DNA of 64,000 bases, taken from Candidatus Latescibacterota bacterium. GTDB taxonomy: Bacteria > Latescibacterota > UBA2968 > UBA8231. Location: positions 4,128,001 to 4,192,000 of the forward strand of contig OZ241362.1 in the NCBI GenBank assembly GCA_965200315.1. The letters run 5' to 3'. Under the pieces are notes generated by a model, which saw only the letters and a program-made list of their open reading frames with translations, searched no databases and was not told the origin of the DNA. A program made the translations under genes and the position numbers. Shown here piece by piece: positions 49,502-60,014 of the stretch; within the stretch, counting starts at the first letter, position 1; each line of letters opens with the position of its first letter.

Positions 49502-50809
49502 ATGGACAACGCCTTCATGCAGGAACTGCTTACGGGAAAGACGCGGCTGCCGGGGTTTAGCGGGGCGTGGGAGACGATCACGCTCGGAGAAGTTGCGGAT
49601 ATAAGGAATGGAGCAACGCCAAGTACTCACATTGGCGCCTACTGGAACGGGCCGATTCCATGGTGCATACCGACCGACATCACGGCTACGCCGGGAAAAT
49701 ACCTCCTTGCGACGGAGCGAAGTATCACTGCGGCAGGATTGGCTAGTTGCGGGGCAAGCCTGCTTCCTGTTGGTGCTCTTCTCCTGTGCAGCCGTGCGAC
49801 CATCGGAGAGCTCAAGATTGCTGCATCGCCAGTATGCACCAACCAAGGCTTCAAGTCGATCGTCTGTAAGGATGATGTATTCAATGAGTTTCTGTATTAC
49901 CTACTTTTGACACGCAAGCCGCAAATGATAGAGCGGGCCACAGGGTCAACTTTTTTGGAAATTGGCAAGCGTGATGTGGAGTCAATTCAACTGCGTGTCC
50001 CGCCCCTCTCCGAGCAACGCGCCATCGCCGAAGCCCTGTCGGATGTGGATGGGTTGCTCGCGGCGTTGGAGGCACTGATCGCCAAGAAGCGGGCCGTCAA
50101 GCAGGCCGCCATGCAGGAACTGCTTACGGGAAAGACGCGGCTGCCGGGGTTTAGCGGGACACCATCGGAAGGGGTGCCGGTGGGTTACAAGCGCACAGAG
50201 GTGGGGATGATTCCAGAGGATTGGGATATTTGTGCCCTTCATGATGTTATAGAGAAATTTGTAAATGGAGGAACTCCATCGACAAGCAACACAGATTTTT
50301 GGTCTGGAGATATTCCTTGGATAACAGGTGCTGATATCTTAAATCAAACGGTTGCCGTTATTAGAAGATATATCACTAAAGAAGCAGTCTATAACAGCTC
50401 TACAAATGTCATTACAAAAGGCAACCTGTTGATTGTATCAAGAACAGGACTGGGAAAATTAGCTATTGCGCCCTGCGACATTGCCATTAGCCAAGATTTT
50501 ACGGGTTTAATCCATAGTAAAGAAAAAATTTTGGCCCAATACCTTTTTAGGCATTTTGACTTTTGTCAGCAGGTCTTGACCAAGCAAAACCAAGGAACAT
50601 CTATCAAAGGGATTACGCGAGATACATTATCTACAATACTTATACCACTCCCCTGTCTACACGAACAAACCGCCATCGCCTCAGTCCTCTCCGACATGGA
50701 CGCCGAGATCGCCGCGCTGGAGCATCGACGCGACAAGACCCGCGCCGTCAAGCAGGGCATGATGCAGCAGCTTCTCACCGGCCGGGTGCGGTTGTTCAAC
50801 CCGGAGTAG
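49502..50809 (+). CDS. hsdS: Type I R-M specificity subunit (rearranged)
   Basis: Two low-GC TRDs (GATPST...TNQGF...GSTF; GGTPST...SQDF...GTS), P...EQ.AIA conserved helices, MQQLLTG. Start at 49478 or 49502. Confidence 0.9.
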   Translation: MDNAFMQELLTGKTRLPGFSGAWETITLGEVADIRNGATPSTHIGAYWNGPIPWCIPTDITATPGKYLLATERSITAAGLASCGASLLPVGALLLCSRATIGELKIAASPVCTNQGFKSIVCKDDVFNEFLYYLLLTRKPQMIERATGSTFLEIGKRDVESIQLRVPPLSEQRAIAEALSDVDGLLAALEALIAKKRAVKQAAMQELLTGKTRLPGFSGTPSEGVPVGYKRTEVGMIPEDWDICALHDVIEKFVNGGTPSTSNTDFWSGDIPWITGADILNQTVAVIRRYITKEAVYNSSTNVITKGNLLIVSRTGLGKLAIAPCDIAISQDFTGLIHSKEKILAQYLFRHFDFCQQVLTKQNQGTSIKGITRDTLSTILIPLPCLHEQTAIASVLSDMDAEIAALEHRRDKTRAVKQGMMQQLLTGRVRLFNPE

Positions 50810-50811
50810 CC

Positions 50812-50880
50812 ATGGCGGTAACGTACTTGGATCAGGAGATCGAGGAGTTGATACAGGAGCGCAAGCCTTTCGCCTACTGA
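50812..50880 (+). pseudogene. Short gene stump (MAVTYLDQEIEELIQERK...)
   Basis: ATG right after the hsdS stop with GGAG RBS; 22 codons only. Confidence 0.4.
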
Positions 50881-50910
50881 TTGGCACAGCTTTTCGAGGA
50901 GTGACAAGTA

Positions 50911-51687
50911 ATGTCCATCGAGACCATAGAGCGAGACTTTCACCAGCAGGTTTCTGCGAAGATTCGGCTGGCAGCCGAAGGCATGGAGCGCTTCCGCGTG
51001 TTCACTCCGTTTTTGTTTGAGGACGGCGACCACTTGGCCCTGGTCCTGAAGAAGGAGGGCGCGCGGTGGGTGTTGTCCGATGAGGCACATACGTACATGC
51101 ACCTGACCTATGACATGGCGGAGAGGGATCTACACGGCGGTACGCGCCAGAAGATCATCTCAAACGTATTGTCCACGTTCCAGGTTGAAGACCGCGATGG
51201 CGAGTTGGTACTCGACGTGCCAGATGAGCGTTACGGCGATGCGCTGTTTTCGTTTGTGCAGGCCCTTCTCAAGATATCCGACGTGTCGTACCTGTCGCGG
51301 GAACAAGTTCGCTCAACTTTTATGGATGATTTTCGGGCACTCCTGTGCGAAGCGGTCCCGGAAGAGCGCAGGAGCTTCAACTGGAGCGACCCCGAACATG
51401 ATCCTCAAGGGATATACACCGTGGACTGCCGCATCAACGGCATGCCCCGGCCGCTTTTCGTTCACGCCCTTACCAGTAATGGCAGGACCCGCGATACCAC
51501 GATCGCGCTGCTCCAGTTTGCGAAGTGGAGTATCCCGTTTCGTTCCTTGGCCATCTTCAAGGACCAGGAGTCGATCAATCGCAAGGTGTTGGCACGCTTC
51601 AGCGATGTCTGCGAAAAGCAGTTTTCCAGCCTCACCGCGAACCGCGAAAGGATCACGGACTTCCTGCATGAAAGCATTTCACAATGA
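50911..51687 (+). CDS. DUF1828-like protein
   Basis: VFTPFLFEDGDHL...WVLSDE.HT motif; GAGGAG RBS. Confidence 0.7.
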   Translation: MSIETIERDFHQQVSAKIRLAAEGMERFRVFTPFLFEDGDHLALVLKKEGARWVLSDEAHTYMHLTYDMAERDLHGGTRQKIISNVLSTFQVEDRDGELVLDVPDERYGDALFSFVQALLKISDVSYLSREQVRSTFMDDFRALLCEAVPEERRSFNWSDPEHDPQGIYTVDCRINGMPRPLFVHALTSNGRTRDTTIALLQFAKWSIPFRSLAIFKDQESINRKVLARFSDVCEKQFSSLTANRERITDFLHESISQ

Positions 51688-51707
51688 AACGCGATTCAAC
51701 CGACGAT

Positions 51708-51821
51708 ATGAGCGAAAACCAAAACATCGAATGGAAAGAAACGTGGCGGGACGAACACCTAAAATGGATCTGCGGTTTCACCAACGCTCAGGGCGGTGTA
51801 CTGGAAATCATTGGAAAGTAG
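51708..51821 (+). pseudogene. Second AlbA_2-domain gene, N-terminal stump
   Basis: MSENQNIEWKETWRDEHLKWICGFTNAQGGVLEI then stop. Confidence 0.75.
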
Positions 51822-51833
51822 TGGAAACAGACG

Positions 51834-54800
51834 ATGAGTGAGGTCGGCCAGCGGGAAATCCAAACCCAGCGGCGGGTGGTCGCGTTCTTCAAGGACGCAC
51901 TCGGCTACGCCTACTTGGGGTACTGGAAGGACCGCTCCAATAACAGCAACATTGAGCAAGCACAGCTCAAGGCTTGGCTCGAAGGGCAAGGGCACGGTGT
52001 GCAAATCGTCGATAGGGCGATGCGCAAGCTAAACGAGGCGGCCGCGCTCGGCGGCAGCAAGACGCTCTACGGCACCAATCGCGAGGTGTACAGCCTGCTG
52101 CGCTACGGCGTCAAGGTCCGGCCCGTAGTGGGCGAGCAGCACGTCACGGTCTGGCTGATCAACTGGGAAAATCCCGGCAACAACGACTTCGCCATCGCCG
52201 AGGAGGTGACGGTCACCGGCGAGAATACCAAGCGGCCCGACCTCGTGCTCTACGTCAACGGTATTGCGGTTGGAGTACTCGAACTGAAGCGTTCCACGGT
52301 GGCGGTCGCCGAGGGCATTCGCCAGAACCTCGACAGCCAAAAGCAGGAATTCATCCAGCCGTTTTTTGCCACCGTGCAACTCGTGATGGCGGGCAACGAC
52401 ACCGAGGGCTTGCGCTACGGCGTGATCGAAACGCCGGAAAAGTACTGGCTGCGCTGGAAGGAAGACGAGGCCCACCCGGCCGCCAGCGGCAACCCGCTAC
52501 TGAGGGAGCTGAGCCAGCTCTGCGGCAAGGAGCGGCTGCTGGCGATCATCCACGATTTCGTCGTCTTCGATGCGGGCGTCAAAAAGATCTGTCGCCCCAA
52601 CCAGTACTTCGGCGTGACGGCGGCGCAGGCCCGCGTGAAGGCCCGCGAGGGCGGCATTCTCTGGCACACCCAAGGTAGCGGCAAGAGCCTGACTATGGTC
52701 TGGCTGGCCAAGTGGATCCGCGAGCATGTCGCCAATGCCCGCGTCCTTCTCATCACCGACCGCACCGAGCTGGACGAGCAGATCGAGAAGGTCTTTAAGG
52801 GCGTCAGCGAGGACATCCATCGCACACAGAGCGGGGCCGACTTGGTCAGCATGCTCAACACCAGCGACAAATGGCTGATCGCTTCGCTGATCCACAAGTT
52901 CGACGCGCCCGAGGAAGACGATGTCGATCAGTTCGTCGCGGACATACGCCGCCACCGGCCCAAGGATTTTCACGCCAAGGGGGAAATTTTTGTCTTCGTA
53001 GATGAATGCCACCGCACCCAGTCCGGCAAGCTCCACGACGCCATGAAGAAGCTGCTGCCAGACGCCATGCTGATCGGCTTTACCGGAACGCCGCTACTCA
53101 AAGACGACAAGCGGCGGAGCATTGAGACCTTTGGCTCGTACATCCACACCTACCAGTACGACGAAGCGGTAAGCGACGGGGTGGTGCTCGATCTGCGCTA
53201 CGAAGCCCGCGACATCGACCAGAACATCACCTCGGAGGCCAAGATCGATCAGTGGTTTGCAGCCAAGACGCAAAGACTGACCGATGTCGCCAAGGCCCGG
53301 CTCCAGCAGCGCTGGGGTACGATGCGAAAAGTCTTGGGTGTGCGGGAGCGGCTAGAGCAAATCGTCGCCGACATCGTCTTCGACATGGAAACGTGCGACC
53401 GCCTCAAGAGCGGGCGCGGCAACGCCCTGCTTGTCTCCAGCAACATCTACTCGGCCTGCCGCTTCTTCGACATGTTTCAGCAGACCGATTTGGCGGGCAA
53501 ATGCGCCATCGTCACCTCGTACCAACCAGCCCCGGCGAAAATCAAAGGTGAGGAGACCGGCGAGGGGCTAACCGAGAAGCTGCTCCAGTACAACACCTAC
53601 CGAAAGATGCTGGCGGCGCACTTCAGCGAGTCGGAAAACAAGGCGATGCACAAGGTTGAGCAGTTCGAGCAGGAGGTAAAAAAGCGCTTCGTTGAAGAGC
53701 CGGGCCAGCTAAAGCTCCTAATCGTCGTCGATAAGCTGCTGACCGGCTTTGACGCGCCGCCCGCGACCTATCTCTACATCGACAAGCCGATGCAGGACCA
53801 CGGCCTATTCCAAGCGATCTGTCGGGTCAACCGCCTCGACGGCGACGACAAAGAATACGGCTACATCATCGACTACAAGGACCTGTTCCGGTCGCTGGAG
53901 CAATCCATCCAAGATTATACCGGTGAGGCATTCGCGGGCTACGACAGGGCCGATGTGCAGGGCTTGCTCAAGGGCCGGCTCCAACAGGGGCGGAAGCGAT
54001 TAGAGGAGGTCCGCGAGGCCGTTAAGGCACTGTGCGAGCCGGTCGATCCCCCGTGCGACACGGCGGCCTATTTGCGCTTCTTCTGCACGGCTGAGAGCGA
54101 GGACGCCGAGCGGAAGCGCGTTCAGCTCTACAAGCTAACCGCGGCGTTTTTGCGCGCCTACGCCAACTTGGCCAACGAGATGTCCGCGGCCGGGTACTCG
54201 GACGCCGAGGCGAAAAAGATCAAAGACGAGGTGGCCCACTACGAAAAGGTGCGCGAGGAGATCAAGCTGGCCAGCGGCGACTACATCGACCTGAAGATGT
54301 ACGAGCCAGCCATGCGGCACCTGCTCGATACGTACATCCGCGCCGAAGAGAGCAAGCGGCTCTCGGCATTCGACAACCTGACGCTCGTGCAACTGATTGT
54401 CGAGCGCGGAGCCAAGGCCATTGAGGAGCTGCCCACCGGCATCCGCGCTGACTCCCAAGCGGTAGCCGCGACCATTGAAAACAATGTCCGGCGGCTCATC
54501 GTCGACGAGACCGCCGTAAACCCAGCGTACTACGAGAAGATGTCAAAGCAACTCGACGCGCTGATCCAGCAACGCAAGCAAGAGGCAATCGACTACGAGC
54601 AGTACCTAGCGCAGGTCGTCGAGCTGACCAAAAAGATCAGCCAGCCAGAGACCCAAGCGTCCTATCCGCCGCGTATCGACCGTGCCGCCCTACGCGCACT
54701 TTATGACAACTTAGAGAAATCGCAGACTTTGAAAGCGAGAGAGGACGGGCAGGTACACTACGGAGACAGCGCGAATGAGCGAGAAGCGACGGCACTCTCC

Positions 54801-54953
54801 CTAGATCGCGCCATCCGTAGCGTAAAGAAGGACAACTGGCGGGGCAACAGAATCAAGGAGCGCGAGGTCCGCAAAGCTATCAAGAACGAGATTCAGAGTG
54901 ATGTACTAGCGGACGAGCTGTTCGCGCTCGTGAAGGCACAAAGTGACTACTAA
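51834..54953 (+). CDS. hsdR: Type I restriction endonuclease subunit R
   Basis: RPDLVLYVNG..ELK, HTQGSGKS, DECHR, FTGTP, LLTGFDAP, QAICRVNR. Confidence 0.96.
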   Translation: MSEVGQREIQTQRRVVAFFKDALGYAYLGYWKDRSNNSNIEQAQLKAWLEGQGHGVQIVDRAMRKLNEAAALGGSKTLYGTNREVYSLLRYGVKVRPVVGEQHVTVWLINWENPGNNDFAIAEEVTVTGENTKRPDLVLYVNGIAVGVLELKRSTVAVAEGIRQNLDSQKQEFIQPFFATVQLVMAGNDTEGLRYGVIETPEKYWLRWKEDEAHPAASGNPLLRELSQLCGKERLLAIIHDFVVFDAGVKKICRPNQYFGVTAAQARVKAREGGILWHTQGSGKSLTMVWLAKWIREHVANARVLLITDRTELDEQIEKVFKGVSEDIHRTQSGADLVSMLNTSDKWLIASLIHKFDAPEEDDVDQFVADIRRHRPKDFHAKGEIFVFVDECHRTQSGKLHDAMKKLLPDAMLIGFTGTPLLKDDKRRSIETFGSYIHTYQYDEAVSDGVVLDLRYEARDIDQNITSEAKIDQWFAAKTQRLTDVAKARLQQRWGTMRKVLGVRERLEQIVADIVFDMETCDRLKSGRGNALLVSSNIYSACRFFDMFQQTDLAGKCAIVTSYQPAPAKIKGEETGEGLTEKLLQYNTYRKMLAAHFSESENKAMHKVEQFEQEVKKRFVEEPGQLKLLIVVDKLLTGFDAPPATYLYIDKPMQDHGLFQAICRVNRLDGDDKEYGYIIDYKDLFRSLEQSIQDYTGEAFAGYDRADVQGLLKGRLQQGRKRLEEVREAVKALCEPVDPPCDTAAYLRFFCTAESEDAERKRVQLYKLTAAFLRAYANLANEMSAAGYSDAEAKKIKDEVAHYEKVREEIKLASGDYIDLKMYEPAMRHLLDTYIRAEESKRLSAFDNLTLVQLIVERGAKAIEELPTGIRADSQAVAATIENNVRRLIVDETAVNPAYYEKMSKQLDALIQQRKQEAIDYEQYLAQVVELTKKISQPETQASYPPRIDRAALRALYDNLEKSQTLKAREDGQVHYGDSANEREATALSLDRAIRSVKKDNWRGNRIKEREVRKAIKNEIQSDVLADELFALVKAQSDY

Positions 54954-55677
54954 AGTTAGAAGCCATCACATCGACATCCGCGGAATCCCGGTAGAGGTCG
55001 TCCGCAAGAACATCAAAAATCTCCACCTAGGCGTCTATCCGCCCAGCGGTCGGGTGCGAGTGGCGGTGCCGCTGTGGCTCGACGATGACGGCGTGCGCTT
55101 GGCCGTCATTTCTCGCTTGGGATGGATTCGCCGGCAGCAGGCCGAATTTGCCCAACAGGATCGCCAGTCCCAGCGCGAGTTCGTGACCGGTGAAAGCCAT
55201 TACTTCCGGGGCCGGCGCTATCGGCTCGACGTGATCGAGCACGACGGTCCACCGGCCGTTCGTCTGCTCAACAATGCGAAGATGGCGTTGCGCGTCCGTC
55301 CCGGTGCCGACCGGGAGGCAAAGGAGGCGGTCTTGGAGCGGTGGTATCGCCGTCAGCTTTGCGACCAATTGCCGGAACTCTGCGTCAAATGGGCGCGGAA
55401 GGTCGGGGTGACGGTCGCTGAGGTGCGGATCAAAAAGATGAAAACCCTCTGGGGCTCCTGTAATATCGACGCCAAGCGCATCTGGCTGAACCTCGAACTG
55501 GCCAAGAAGCCGGCTTTGTGCTTAGAGTACGTCCTCGTCCACGAAATGGTGCATTTGCTCGAGCGCCAGCACAACGAGCGGTTTCGCAAGCTGATGGACA
55601 AGTTCATGCCTCAGTGGCGCATTCATCGGGACGAACTGAATCAGCGGCCGCTCGCACACGAGGAGTGGAGGTACTGA
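54943..55677 (+). CDS. YgjP/DUF45 (M48/SprT-like) metalloprotease, typical hsdR neighbour
   Basis: MKTLWGSC, YVLVHEMVHL...H. Confidence 0.9.
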   Translation: MTTKVRSHHIDIRGIPVEVVRKNIKNLHLGVYPPSGRVRVAVPLWLDDDGVRLAVISRLGWIRRQQAEFAQQDRQSQREFVTGESHYFRGRRYRLDVIEHDGPPAVRLLNNAKMALRVRPGADREAKEAVLERWYRRQLCDQLPELCVKWARKVGVTVAEVRIKKMKTLWGSCNIDAKRIWLNLELAKKPALCLEYVLVHEMVHLLERQHNERFRKLMDKFMPQWRIHRDELNQRPLAHEEWRY

Positions 55678-55731
55678 AGCGTGCGGGAAAGGCTGGTCAA
55701 GCAACGTTTGCCCCCGCAAAAGGAGAATGTC

Positions 55732-56529
55732 ATGGCGTCAGCATACAAGGTTTTGCTCATCGGCGGGCGCGGCACGATTGGCTCGGGCCTGCGCACCTAC
55801 ATGCCGCGGCTCGACCCGCGCTACCAGATGGTTTCCGTGGACTTGCCCGGCGCACCAGACAAGGCGACCGCGCCGGATGCCGGCGGTGATTTTATCGACC
55901 TCGATATTGCGGAGTCGCCGGATGCCTTCCGCGCCCTGCTCCCCGGGTGCGACTTGGTGGTCTATCTGGCCCGCTGTGGCGACTTGGCGGCCATGAACCG
56001 GATGACCGACTTGGTTTTTGCCGCGGTGTTGGCCCAAGACGAGCCGCCGATGATCGTCGGCTCCAGCTCGGTGCATGCGGTCGATGGGCTGTACGACTTT
56101 CACCGGCCGGGCTTCTATTGGACCTTGGCCGAGCGGCAGTTCGACCGGATAACCGATTGGCCCGAACGGATCTCCGCGGCCGTGCCCGCGCACCCGATCA
56201 ACGACTACGGACGCGAAAAAGCCCATGTAGAGGAGTGGGTGCAAAAGGTTGCTGACCAAGGCCACAGCGCGGTTGCCATGCGCTGGGGCGGCATCAATCC
56301 GCGCAACGCCGTCCGCGTACCGGAAAGGGGCTACTTTGCCGTCTGGTGCCACCAAGAGGACGCCGCCCGCTTGGTCCACGCCTGCTTCCAGCGGCATTGC
56401 GCCGGCGACCTGCCCAGCGGCGCGCATTACTTTGCGATTTCGGACAACACCTACAACATCTTTGACATTGAAACGCCCCGGCGCGAAGTTGGCTACGAGC
56501 CGATGCACAACGCGGAGACTTATTATTGA
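55732..56529 (+). CDS. NAD-dependent epimerase/dehydratase (uronate-dehydrogenase-like)
   Basis: GGRGTIG, SSSVHA, YGREK. Confidence 0.8.
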   Translation: MASAYKVLLIGGRGTIGSGLRTYMPRLDPRYQMVSVDLPGAPDKATAPDAGGDFIDLDIAESPDAFRALLPGCDLVVYLARCGDLAAMNRMTDLVFAAVLAQDEPPMIVGSSSVHAVDGLYDFHRPGFYWTLAERQFDRITDWPERISAAVPAHPINDYGREKAHVEEWVQKVADQGHSAVAMRWGGINPRNAVRVPERGYFAVWCHQEDAARLVHACFQRHCAGDLPSGAHYFAISDNTYNIFDIETPRREVGYEPMHNAETYY

Positions 56530-57365
56530 TGAACGACACGGAGAAATTTCTCTTCGACCTCGAGGGTTTTCTGAAGGTCCCCGGCTTCCTCACCCCGGCC
56601 GAAGTTGATGCACTCAACGCGGCCTTTGACGCCAATGAAGACCAGCGCGGCGAAGACGGCAATCACAATACCGGCGGCAGTGCCGTACTCGAGGGCCGGC
56701 GGCGCGGCATGTTCACGGGGATGCTAGAATGGGAAAAACCCCACTGCCTGCCCTTCCGCGCCCTATTGGCGCACAAAAAGCTCATCCCCTATCTCGACGC
56801 GCTCTTTGGCCGCGGCTGGAAGATGGACCACTCGCCCTTTATGCTCTGCGGCGGCCAGGGCACCGAGGGCCTAATTCTCCACGGCTCGACCAGCCGCCAC
56901 TTCAACGGCTCGCAGTACTATGCCTATGCCAACGACCAGATGCGCTGCGGCATGATCGTCTGCCAGTTCCAACTCGCCCATGTCAACGAAGGAGACGGCG
57001 GATTGTGCGTGATCCGAGGCAGCCACAAGGCCAACTTCCCGCTGCCGGAGAAGATCCGCCACTGGCAGGATCACCGCGAGATTGTGTACAACGTCCCCTG
57101 CAAGGCCGGCGACATGGTCATATTCAACGAGGCGACCCTGCACGGCACACTCCCGTGGACGGCCGCGCACGAGCGTCGTTCCCTGCTCTACCGCTACTCG
57201 CCCAAGTATTTACACTTTGCCGGGGGGACGTATCAGACTAGCCAGCCAGAATGGGTCGGCGAGCTAACTGAGGCGCAACAGGCCGTGCTCGAGCCGCCCT
57301 ATATCTACAACCGGCCGCTGGTGGAAGCCGACGGCGAAACCGTAGTGCGTCCGCGGACGGGCTGA
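56529..57365 (+). CDS. Phytanoyl-CoA dioxygenase family protein
   Basis: FDLEGFL, GGLCVIRGSHK, KAGDMVIF...LHG...RR. Confidence 0.88.
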   Translation: MNDTEKFLFDLEGFLKVPGFLTPAEVDALNAAFDANEDQRGEDGNHNTGGSAVLEGRRRGMFTGMLEWEKPHCLPFRALLAHKKLIPYLDALFGRGWKMDHSPFMLCGGQGTEGLILHGSTSRHFNGSQYYAYANDQMRCGMIVCQFQLAHVNEGDGGLCVIRGSHKANFPLPEKIRHWQDHREIVYNVPCKAGDMVIFNEATLHGTLPWTAAHERRSLLYRYSPKYLHFAGGTYQTSQPEWVGELTEAQQAVLEPPYIYNRPLVEADGETVVRPRTG

Positions 57366-57369
57366 CCCA

Positions 57370-57864
57370 GTGCCGGCGGGAAAGACGCATCTCAAGGTCG
57401 AGCTTCTCGTCTTGCTAGCGGTTGTGACACTAGCGGGCGCGGCGAACGCGTACTTTGAGTTGGCCGCTTGGGATGGCGAGTTCAAAGTGTTGGCGATTGC
57501 GTTCGGCTGCGCCTATTTGTTCTCGGCCCTCTTCCTGTCGCCGGACCTCGACTTGGCGCGTTCCGACCCGCACAATCGCTGGGGTGCTTTGCGCGTCTGT
57601 TGGATTCCCTACGCCAAGCTCTTCCGCCACCGCGGCTATTCACACAACCCCCTCATCGGCCCGTTGAGCCGCCTGCTCTACCTGTTGCTCTGGGTGGCGT
57701 TGGTCTTGGCCGGATTGCACTATGGGTTCGCGGTCGGATTGGAGTTTTTGCGCCACTGGTGGCAGGACCTGAGTGGTACGCCGCTTTTGGCTTTGGCCTT
57801 GGGATTGATGCTGCCCAACGAGATACACATCTTGCTGGACAAAATTGGACGTGCTGCTGACTGA
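57370..57864 (+). CDS. DUF2227-like membrane metal-binding protein
   Basis: MPAGKTH, LSPDLDL, W.PY....HRG.SH, H...D. Confidence 0.8.
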   Translation: MPAGKTHLKVELLVLLAVVTLAGAANAYFELAAWDGEFKVLAIAFGCAYLFSALFLSPDLDLARSDPHNRWGALRVCWIPYAKLFRHRGYSHNPLIGPLSRLLYLLLWVALVLAGLHYGFAVGLEFLRHWWQDLSGTPLLALALGLMLPNEIHILLDKIGRAAD

Positions 57865-57893
57865 TCCGCTGACAATCTACAGAAAGGATTTCC

Positions 57894-58907
57894 ATGCCAA
57901 CCATTGCTGCCAACGATCCGCGCTTGACGTGGGGGGGTGCTATCGCACTCAAAGAGGGCCCGGGCTGGGTCAAGCCTTGGCGCATTCCCCACGGAGATTT
58001 GGACCTGTACTCGCCCGGGGAGAGCGGCCTTGCCGAGCGCGCCGAGATGCCTTCGGGGGTGCTCCTGCGTTTGGTTACGGACGCCGAGGAATTGGTCGTC
58101 GGCTGCGAGCCGCTAGCCGAAGATGGCTGTTTTGACCTGTGCATTGGTGGGCAGATTGCGGCCACCGCTTCGTATGCGGCTGGCGCGACCGAGGTCTGCT
58201 TTGCGGGCTTGCCGGCGGGCGAGAAATCCGTGGAGATTTGGCTGTCGCCGGCCATGCCCGTCGCCGTGCGCCACCTTGCACTGCCCGAAGGAACACATTG
58301 CGAAAAAAGCGAAGACACTCGGCTGAAGTGGATTGCGTACGGCAGCTCCATCACCCATTGCCGCACCGCCGGATCGCCGGCCACCACTTGGCCCGGGGTG
58401 GTAGCTCGCGCCCGGGATTTCAACCTCACGTCGCTGGGCTACGGCGGCCAATGCCACGCCGACCCATTCATCGCCCGGCTGATCCGCGACCTGCCTGCGG
58501 ATTTTATCTCGGTCAAAATTGGCATCAATATCTACGGCGCGGCCAGCCTCGGCCCGCGCACCTTCCGCCCGGCTGTCCTCGGCACTATTGCCACCATCCG
58601 CGACGGCCATCCCCACACCCCGTTTGCGGTCTGCTCGCCGATCTGGGGCCACGACCGCGAGACCACGCCCAATGCGGTCGGCCTAACCTTGGAGCAGATG
58701 CGCGTCGAGGTTGCAGAAGCCGTGCAGGCGTTCAAAAGGCGCGGCGACGAGCACGTCTACTACATAGACGGTCTCAAGCTCTTTGACGAAAGCCTCGCCG
58801 AATATCTGCCGGACAACCTCCACCCAGATGCCACCGGCTACGTGCTGATGGGCGAGAATTTCCTCAAAGAAGTGTTTGGGGTGCAGGGGGTGGAAGTGGG
58901 GGATTAG
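57894..58907 (+). CDS. SGNH/GDSL hydrolase
   Basis: YGSSITH, LGYGG, GIN, DNLHPDATGY. Confidence 0.88.
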   Translation: MPTIAANDPRLTWGGAIALKEGPGWVKPWRIPHGDLDLYSPGESGLAERAEMPSGVLLRLVTDAEELVVGCEPLAEDGCFDLCIGGQIAATASYAAGATEVCFAGLPAGEKSVEIWLSPAMPVAVRHLALPEGTHCEKSEDTRLKWIAYGSSITHCRTAGSPATTWPGVVARARDFNLTSLGYGGQCHADPFIARLIRDLPADFISVKIGINIYGAASLGPRTFRPAVLGTIATIRDGHPHTPFAVCSPIWGHDRETTPNAVGLTLEQMRVEVAEAVQAFKRRGDEHVYYIDGLKLFDESLAEYLPDNLHPDATGYVLMGENFLKEVFGVQGVEVGD

Positions 58908-58938
58908 AGAAATCGCTCTCTTATTGTGTATTCCGTGC

Positions 58939-60014
58939 CTCATTACCCCTCATGGGGATTTGAAACACGTGGGCGCTGGCCCCTGGTTCACCACATGACC
59001 GACTCATTACCCCTCATGGGGATTTGAAACGTCAATCGGGTAGCGTCCTCCGAAGATAATGTAGAACTCATTACCCCTCATGGGGATTTGAAACTGTAGC
59101 CCCTGTACTGCGTCATATCCTCGTCCTACTCCCTCATTACCCCTCATGGGGATTTGAAACACGCAAGCGAAGAAGGATAGGCATATCGCTATCCTGAACT
59201 CATTACCCCTCATGGGGATTTGAAACACGCAAGCGAAGAAGGATAGGCATATCGCTATCCTGAACTCATTACCCCTCATGGGGATTTGAAACGGAAAAGG
59301 TCTCCGTATCAATATCCCATTCGTACTCGACTCATTACCCCTCATGGGGATTTGAAACGGGCTACCTTGGCTTGGTAGAGGGCTTAGCACAGACGACTCA
59401 TTACCCCTCATGGGGATTTGAAACTTATCAGCACCACCTGACCATTAAGGGCTTGTGCCACTCATTACCCCTCATGGGGATTTGAAACCTCTTTTAGAGG
59501 CCCTAGCTTACCCTCCCCTAGGGAGACTCATTACCCCTCATGGGGATTTGAAACTTGTATGCGACAGATGAGACAGAGGCCAACCGTACTCTCATTACCC
59601 CTCATGGGGATTTGAAACTATGCCTATCCTTGCGCGCTTGCGTGCGCCTATCAAGGGCTCATTACCCCTCATGGGGATTTGAAACCGTTGCGCCTCAAGG
59701 GCATTGAGCAGGGATTGGTCTTCTCATTACCCCTCATGGGGATTTGAAACCCCGTCGATGTCCTCTTTCCACCATGCCGGCGCGGCCTCTCATTACCCCT
59801 CATGGGGATTTGAAACGGTCCAATTTGCGCGGGACATCTTCCGCGCGGAACACTTCCTCATTACCCCTCATGGGGATTTGAAACTCGGCTTTCGCAAGTT
59901 CGGAGCGAGAAGCATTGACGACTCATTACCCCTCATGGGGATTTGAAACACTACATTCGCACATAGGACCTAGTACGTACTCTGAGCTCATTACCCCTCA
60001 TGGGGATTTGAAAC
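58939..60014. CRISPR. CRISPR array: 17 identical 28-bp repeats (CTCATTACCCCTCATGGGGATTTGAAAC on +), 16 spacers of 36-40 bp
   Basis: Counted directly. Repeat has a CCCC/GGGG stem. The leader position suggests minus-strand transcription. Confidence 0.99.

Noticed and set aside
58967-59986. Self-targeting spacers within the window
   Set aside because: No match noticed by eye; an exhaustive alignment was not possible.
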